Shown: in pieces, positions 58,431-64,000 of the stretch
Layout of the letters: every line of letters begins with the position of its first letter
How positions within the stretch are numbered: the stretch's first letter is position 1
NCBI GenBank assembly: GCA_049700835.1
Contig: JBNAUL010000001.1
Coordinates: 1-64,000 of the forward strand
DNA: 64,000 nucleotides
From: Candidatus Woesearchaeota archaeon
GTDB taxonomy: Archaea > Nanobdellota > Nanobdellia > Woesearchaeales > WAPY01
Direction of reading: 5' to 3'
Position numbers and translations under genes: made by a program
The notes under the pieces: model-generated
What the model was told of the DNA's origin: nothing
The model's input: only the letters and a program-made list of their open reading frames with translations
The model's database searches: none

Positions 58431-59495
58431 ATGAAACATATCAGCAGTTATGAACTGATGAGACTTATTGAAGAAATGGAATTTTTAATAGGTAAAAGGC
58501 TTGAAAAGGCGTTTCAGGAGAACAGCGAACTCTTTTTGAGATTTGACACAAAACCAAAAACAACCGTTAGAATAAGCATTCCAAATTTCATATACATTAC
58601 AAAAAATTCTCCAAAGTCCTTTATTGGAATCTCAAAGATGATAAGGAGCTTATTCTCCAATCATAAACTTGCATCCATGAGACAGCACAATTTTGACAGA
58701 TTGGTAGAGTTTGATTTCAGCAGCAGAAAGATTTTCATAGAATTGTTTGATAAAGGAAACATAGTCCTGTGCGATGAAAATAATAAGATAATTGGATTTC
58801 TGAGAAGCGAAAACATGAATAGAAGTATAAAGAACGGGCAGAAGTATTCTGCTCCTGAAAAAATAGATCCCTTCTCTATAAGCAAAAAAGAATTTGCAGA
58901 ATTGTTTAACAATAAAAATAAGGAGCTTGTAAAGTTCATTGCATCTGAACTCGGATTTGGGGGGGTTTATGCTGAGGAAATATGCCTTAACTCAGGAATA
59001 AACAAAAACAAGAAATTCTTAAGCGAAGAGGAATGCGAACTCATTTTAAAAATAATTCATGAAATAAAAAATAAAGAAAAAAAGCCTTCAATTGTATATG
59101 AGAACAATCATCCTATAGATGTTGTCCCAATTGAATTAAAGTTCTATTCTGGTAAAGAACACATTCTGTTTGAAAATTACTCTTCTGCATTGGAAGAATT
59201 CTGCAAAATCACGCAAAAGCGGGTTGTTGATAAGGAAGAAGAAAAAATTTTAAAAGCATTGGAAATGCAGAAGCGTGGAATTGAAAACATAATTAAAGAA
59301 CAAAGAGAGATTGAATTGATAGTCAGTTTGATTTATCAAAACTTTCAAAATATAAATAATTTCTTTGAAAAGATTAGAAAAATAATTAAAGAACCAACAA
59401 ATAATAATGAAAAGGAAGAAAAAATCAAATCCCTGAAGAAATTTAAGGTTCATGAAATAAATTTCAAGGAAAAATTCGTTGTTTTGGAGTTATAA
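58431..59495 (+). CDS. rqcH: NFACT/RqcH-family protein, short form (NFACT-N + HhH + coiled coil)
   Basis: QHNFDRLV.F, IELF..GNIVL.D, LGFGGVYAEEIC..SG; no NFACT-R region. Likely ATG 58431. Confidence 0.8.
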   Translation: MKHISSYELMRLIEEMEFLIGKRLEKAFQENSELFLRFDTKPKTTVRISIPNFIYITKNSPKSFIGISKMIRSLFSNHKLASMRQHNFDRLVEFDFSSRKIFIELFDKGNIVLCDENNKIIGFLRSENMNRSIKNGQKYSAPEKIDPFSISKKEFAELFNNKNKELVKFIASELGFGGVYAEEICLNSGINKNKKFLSEEECELILKIIHEIKNKEKKPSIVYENNHPIDVVPIELKFYSGKEHILFENYSSALEEFCKITQKRVVDKEEEKILKALEMQKRGIENIIKEQREIELIVSLIYQNFQNINNFFEKIRKIIKEPTNNNEKEEKIKSLKKFKVHEINFKEKFVVLEL

Positions 59496-59497
59496 GC

Positions 59498-60397
59498 ATG
59501 CAAAAAACCGATAATAAAAATGATTCAAATAATTCAGAGAAAGCAGAAAAAGGTTTAGGTAGTTTAGTAATAAAGCCAAACATAAATGCTGTGTTCTTTT
59601 TCAGTGTTCTCAATATAATATTTGTCCTGATTTTAATCTTCGGAATTTCAAAGCTGATAGTATATTTTGTTGGAGAAAATCCGTTAAACTCACTGATAGA
59701 AATCTTGAGCATTTCAGGGATAGTAAAGGGCGGAGAAGGTTTAATATCATTAATAAATAATGTTTTAATTTTTATAATAATTATTTCCTGTTCAACCTAT
59801 CTGTTGCTAAGTATTATAAGGGTAAATAACCTCTGCTTGGAATTAGAAGAGTTCTCTTTGAATTACACTTTTGGAATACTTGTAAAAAAGAACGAGAGAA
59901 TAAGCTATGATAATATCATTAAAGTAAAATACAAAGAGTTCGTATTTGGGCTTGGAAAGATTATCATTGAAAGATACAATGTTGACAAAACAATAGAAAT
60001 GCCGTTTGTAAGCAGCGTAAGAGAGAATTTTGAAATTCTTAGGCAGAGCATAAAGGAAGGGTTGAAGAGAGAACTAAAAGAAGAAATTAAAAAAACCAGT
60101 GAAGGAAAACTTCCAGAGTATAATGTCAATGAAATTATTGAGATGCTGACAAAGGAAAATACTGATGCAAACGAAGTGCTAAACACTTTTAAAAACATCT
60201 CAAAAACTCAACCAATTACTAAAGAAACAAAGAATGTTTTCAAGCTTGTGCTCTTGGAACTTATAAAGAGAAGGATTATTAGCAGAGAAATCATGAGGGA
60301 AGTTCTCAGGGCTTTGAGAGAACAAAACTTTATATCAAAGGAAGATATTGTTGACATAGTTGAGCTCAGATTTGCTATTGAAGAATCAATATATTAA
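59498..60397 (+). CDS. Membrane protein with PH-like domain
   Basis: Two TM segments, then GIL......ISY.NI..V...FGLG.I.IE typical of bacterial PH domains. Confidence 0.55.
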   Translation: MQKTDNKNDSNNSEKAEKGLGSLVIKPNINAVFFFSVLNIIFVLILIFGISKLIVYFVGENPLNSLIEILSISGIVKGGEGLISLINNVLIFIIIISCSTYLLLSIIRVNNLCLELEEFSLNYTFGILVKKNERISYDNIIKVKYKEFVFGLGKIIIERYNVDKTIEMPFVSSVRENFEILRQSIKEGLKRELKEEIKKTSEGKLPEYNVNEIIEMLTKENTDANEVLNTFKNISKTQPITKETKNVFKLVLLELIKRRIISREIMREVLRALREQNFISKEDIVDIVELRFAIEESIY

Positions 60398-60455
60398 TGA
60401 AAAATTAAATAACAATCTAAAAATTAACATAAAACACAAAAATCTGGTGAGTTCT

Positions 60456-61037
60456 GTGTTTGTAAGGATTAAAAAACACAAAGACAAGGAATATGCTTAT
60501 CTTGTTGAGAACATTTGGACTAAAAAGGGAACAAGGCAAAAATCAAGAAAATATCTTGGAAGGATTGTGGATTTTTCAAAAAGCACTGTTCCTATGAAAG
60601 ACTATCTTAAAACTGCAAAAACTGCAGAAGAATTTGAGATAGAAGAATTCAAAAAGCGAGATTTTGATTCTGCAATAAAAAAACTTTTGGAAATTGAACT
60701 GCTTAAACTTGGCTTTAAAAAAAAGGCAGAATTTGCTTTTGAAAAAGAGTTCAATGGCAAAACATTTAATGTTGATCTAAAAGAATTGAATTTTGTTTCA
60801 GGCAAAAAGAATTTTGTAATAAAAAACAACGAAGGATTTATATGCAGGGAAACAATAGAAAACCTGCTCGGAACAAGAATTGAAAAAAAGGAAAGCGAAA
60901 CAGAGCAAAGGAATGCGTTAATAAAAGAACTTTTAAAAAATCTTTTAGAAGCCGGTTTAAAGCCTGAAAAGGATTTTTTGCTTTTGCTGCATGACAAGTG
61001 CTTGGAGAAAATAAGCAACACAGATAAAAAAAAGTAG
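60456..61037 (+). CDS. Hypothetical protein with basic beta-sheet nucleic-acid-binding-like N-terminus
   Basis: GGTGA RBS before GTG 60456; FVRIKK....EYAYLVEN......RQK..KYLG. Confidence 0.65.
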   Translation: MFVRIKKHKDKEYAYLVENIWTKKGTRQKSRKYLGRIVDFSKSTVPMKDYLKTAKTAEEFEIEEFKKRDFDSAIKKLLEIELLKLGFKKKAEFAFEKEFNGKTFNVDLKELNFVSGKKNFVIKNNEGFICRETIENLLGTRIEKKESETEQRNALIKELLKNLLEAGLKPEKDFLLLLHDKCLEKISNTDKKK

Positions 61038-61066
61038 AGCAAGCATAAGCGCTGCTGAACTAGAAA

Positions 61067-61930
61067 ATGAAAATAATAAAGATGCCCAAAAAATGGAAGA
61101 AGAAAATTAAAAATTTAATCATGAAATTGTTTGTTCTTATTTTGTTAGCAATAGCAACGATTAATTGGTATTTCAGAGAACTTCCGCAGCCAGCAATAGT
61201 TTTCCTATCTGATGTTAATGTCCCTAAAAAAGAAGACAGAGTGCTGATATTTGCTCCTCATCCAGATGACGAGACAATAGCAACAGGAGGTTTCATCATC
61301 AAGAGTTTGGAAAGGAATGCAAGCGTAAATATAGTAATAATTATGAATGGCAATTGGAAAGGAGAAGAAAAGAAAAGATACGACGAGCTGAAGGATGCTG
61401 CAAGAAGATTAGGAATCGATGAGGAAAACATCTACTTTTTGAACTATCCTGACAATACATTAAAAAAACAGGCTCCTGAAAAGGTTAAGAAGGAGTTTAG
61501 AAGAATTATCAAGGAAACAAATCCTACTTTCATTGTTTTTCCAATCCCAAAAGATTTTCACACTGACCATAAAACAGCAGGAAAATTGCTAAAGGAAATC
61601 ATAGTTGAAGACAAACTTTACCAAAAAAACATAACCTTTTATGAATACCTTGTTCATTTCCCAAACTATCCTGAACCGATATTTGGTTTGAGGAAAACGC
61701 TTTCCTTGAGAAAATACTTATTGCCTCCTTCAAGGCTGCTGAGCTTTGATTATTCCTGGCAAAAATTGATTTTGGGTGATGATGAAGAATCAAAAAAGTT
61801 AGAGGCTGTTCTTTCCTACAAATCGCAACTATCAATAATAAAGGAACCGTTTTTGAGAATGCTTCTCTTTGGCATGGTAAGAAGGAACGAACTCTTCATA
61901 GTTGATCATGAAATAGAAAATAAAGGCTAG
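61067..61930 (+). CDS. Membrane-anchored PIG-L family deacetylase
   Basis: N-terminal TM; APHPDDE..A.GG, YPD, HTDH, Y.SQ. Confidence 0.87.
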   Translation: MKIIKMPKKWKKKIKNLIMKLFVLILLAIATINWYFRELPQPAIVFLSDVNVPKKEDRVLIFAPHPDDETIATGGFIIKSLERNASVNIVIIMNGNWKGEEKKRYDELKDAARRLGIDEENIYFLNYPDNTLKKQAPEKVKKEFRRIIKETNPTFIVFPIPKDFHTDHKTAGKLLKEIIVEDKLYQKNITFYEYLVHFPNYPEPIFGLRKTLSLRKYLLPPSRLLSFDYSWQKLILGDDEESKKLEAVLSYKSQLSIIKEPFLRMLLFGMVRRNELFIVDHEIENKG

Positions 61931-62100
61931 TTTTTTCTAATTTGATTGTTCTTGATTAATTTCTCTTTTTTAAACTTTGTATTTTATTATGTTTTATATT
62001 ATCTTACGCTGCGCTAAAAAAACAAAAAAATAAAACAAGCATAAGGAAAACAGATAAATAAAATTAATTGTCTCTTTAATTCTCTCATTAATTCCTTAAT

Positions 62101-63216
62101 TTACAAATCTTTGATTTTGTCAAGATCAAAGTAGGTATAAAATAAGAAAACGCGCTCAAATGTCAGCACTGCTGACTCTGCTAAAAATAAAAATAATAAT
62201 AATCCAACACTAAGTATTTGAATGGCTAAATTGTTTGTAATGTATAAGTTTAAATAAACTTGTAAAGAAGGGGATGATAAGTAATTCCTTAATATTGAAA
62301 ATATAATCAAAATTATAAAAATAACAAAAACCTGTCCTAAGTGGTGCCTTGTTAATTTAAAACTGTGCTCTATCGACTTCAAAGGTCCTTCTTTTTCAAG
62401 AAACATGATTGGAATAACATAAAGAACCCTTAAAATTATAATAAAAATGAATATTAGAAATACAACATATATTAAAGGAACCAGCAAAAATCCTAGAACA
62501 GAAGAAAAGGTTAAGAAAAAGACACTAATACCTACGCCAACAGATATTATAGTTGTTATTATTAAAAAAACTAATAATTCAACACCTGCTAACTTTAATA
62601 AAAACTTATTTGTAAAATTCAAAACATTATTTAAAGAAAATTTCTCATTTTTGATTGCCAAAGCAATCATTGCATAAGACATGCATGAAAAATAGAAAGA
62701 AAAGAGAGAAATTGCTAATGCAAAAATTACTATCATAATTAAATTTTTAGTGCTAAAAAAGTTTTTATAAGATAGTTTTTAAGTTATTTACCTTATCATT
62801 TATTTTTTGATCTGCTAGCAATTCCTTCTTTACTTGTTCATCAAGTTCAACACTATATTGCATAAGCGTAAATGTACTATTGTAATATTCTTCTTCTAGT
62901 TTAAGTAATTCTTGAAATTCATCAAATGTCTTTTCCTTTTTTTTCTCTTAATTGGTTTATTTTATCTTCCAACTCGCCCATTCTTTGTATTTCTCTCATT
63001 AATTCTTCTGACTGTTCAGAATAAATTTTATCCTTTCTAATCTGCATTTCACTGCTTACATTAATTGTATCTTTAATCACTCCTCCTAAACCAGATACTC
63101 TCAAAAACAAAAAACCTGCTAACAAAATAACAACAAGCGAAAGAAAGGAAGGAATATTATTATCTTGTTATGTTTTAATAAATCAAAATCTCCTTAAAGT
63201 CATTTTCTACTTTCAT
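62101..63216 (-). pseudogene. Frameshifted membrane protein gene (intact 3' part 62101..62736)
   Basis: Consecutive fragments in different frames: MKVENDFK / FDLLKHNKII / IPSFLSLVVILLAG...EKK / KTFDEFQELL / CNSVELDEQV...MIVIFA, the last running into the 211-aa TM ORF. Confidence 0.6.
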
Positions 63217-63430
63217 TTAGTTTTTTATTTAAAAGAACTTATATATAAATTTTTGCAAAAAAAAACAAAAAAATTTAAATAAGCAAAAAATAAAATGCGT
63301 TAAGGTGTGATAAAGTAATACAAAATAAGATAACAAGAAAAATAAGATAGCAAGATTGATTATAAAGATCGATTGTATTAAGATTACTAATTAAAAACAA
63401 AACAGATGCTAAAAAATTCAAGGTGACAAA

Positions 63431-64000
63431 ATGGAAATAACAAAGGCAGTAATTCCTGCTGCTGGTCTTGGCACCAGATTCTTGCCTGCTACAAAAGCCC
63501 TACCGAAAGAAATGCTTCCAATAATAGACACGCCTGCAATCCAATACATAATAGAGGAAGCTGTTTCTGCAGGATTGACTGATATTTTAATAATAACTGG
63601 TCGCGGAAAGAGAGCAATAGAGGACCATTTTGACAAGTGCTTTGAACTTAATCAACTTCTCAAGGACAAGGGAAAGATAAACATTTTAAAACAGCTTGAA
63701 ATGATAGAAAATTTGGCAGACATACACTACATAAGGCAAAAGGAAACTTTGGGTTTGGGGCATGCTGTTTCAATCGCAGAAAGGCACATAAATGGAGAAC
63801 CGTTTGCTGTTCTTTTAGGAGACGATATTGTAAAATCAAAAATCCCTTGCATAAAATCTTTGGTTGACGAATCAAAGAAGTTGAAGAGCTCAATCATCGG
63901 GGTTGAGCAAATACCAATTGAAAAGATAAGCAGCTATGGAGTTGTAAAGCCGAGCAAGTTTGTTTCTGAAAGAACGCTTCTTATTGAGGATTTGGTTGAA
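63431..64000 (+). CDS. galU: UTP--glucose-1-phosphate uridylyltransferase (partial, runs off window end)
   Basis: MEITKAVIPAAGLGTRFLPATKALPKEMLPIID.P.IQY, GRGKRAIEDHFD, LGLGHAV; AGGTGA RBS. Confidence 0.95.
   Translation, partial: MEITKAVIPAAGLGTRFLPATKALPKEMLPIIDTPAIQYIIEEAVSAGLTDILIITGRGKRAIEDHFDKCFELNQLLKDKGKINILKQLEMIENLADIHYIRQKETLGLGHAVSIAERHINGEPFAVLLGDDIVKSKIPCIKSLVDESKKLKSSIIGVEQIPIEKISSYGVVKPSKFVSERTLLIEDLVE

Noticed and set aside
60360..61037. Active insertion sequence
   Set aside because: Too short, with no catalytic DDE domain, terminal inverted repeats or target duplication seen.

Overview
AT-rich archaeal chromosome segment, most consistent with a DPANN (Woesearchaeota/Pacearchaeota-like) organism. 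The assignment rests on the archaeal ribosomal protein set, archaeal-type PheRS, MBF1, Rpp29, an N-terminally extended uS14 and loss of adk/cmk from the spc cluster. Left to right the window holds: (1) a minus-strand operon of a tandem-HTH regulator, a very large sequon-rich surface protein, an (alpha/alpha)-barrel protein and a partial membrane protein; (2) pheS-pheT; (3) a K+-dependent, probably Na+-pumping membrane pyrophosphatase; (4) a trimeric HydABC-type [FeFe]-hydrogenase operon led by an ECF S-component-like gene; (5) a glycan biosynthesis and tailoring cluster (WbpD/E/B-like, PIG-L, ATP-grasp, GTs, radical SAM); (6) the S10-spc ribosomal protein superoperon with secY, preceded by a highly structured ~150-nt leader; (7) a GT-C/processive GT2 cluster, MBF1, YjbQ and an ABC exporter; (8) a 1.2-kb non-coding region next to a coiled-coil/winged-helix gene; (9) a short NFACT, PIG-L, a frameshifted membrane gene and partial galU. 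The most striking unexplained signal is item 8. Two arrays of helically phased (10-11 bp) ATCATGTCC repeats occur, one inside the gene and one just downstream, suggesting a self-encoded iteron-type origin or partition module. No rRNA, tRNA or CRISPR array was seen. All calls are by eye; no database searches were run.
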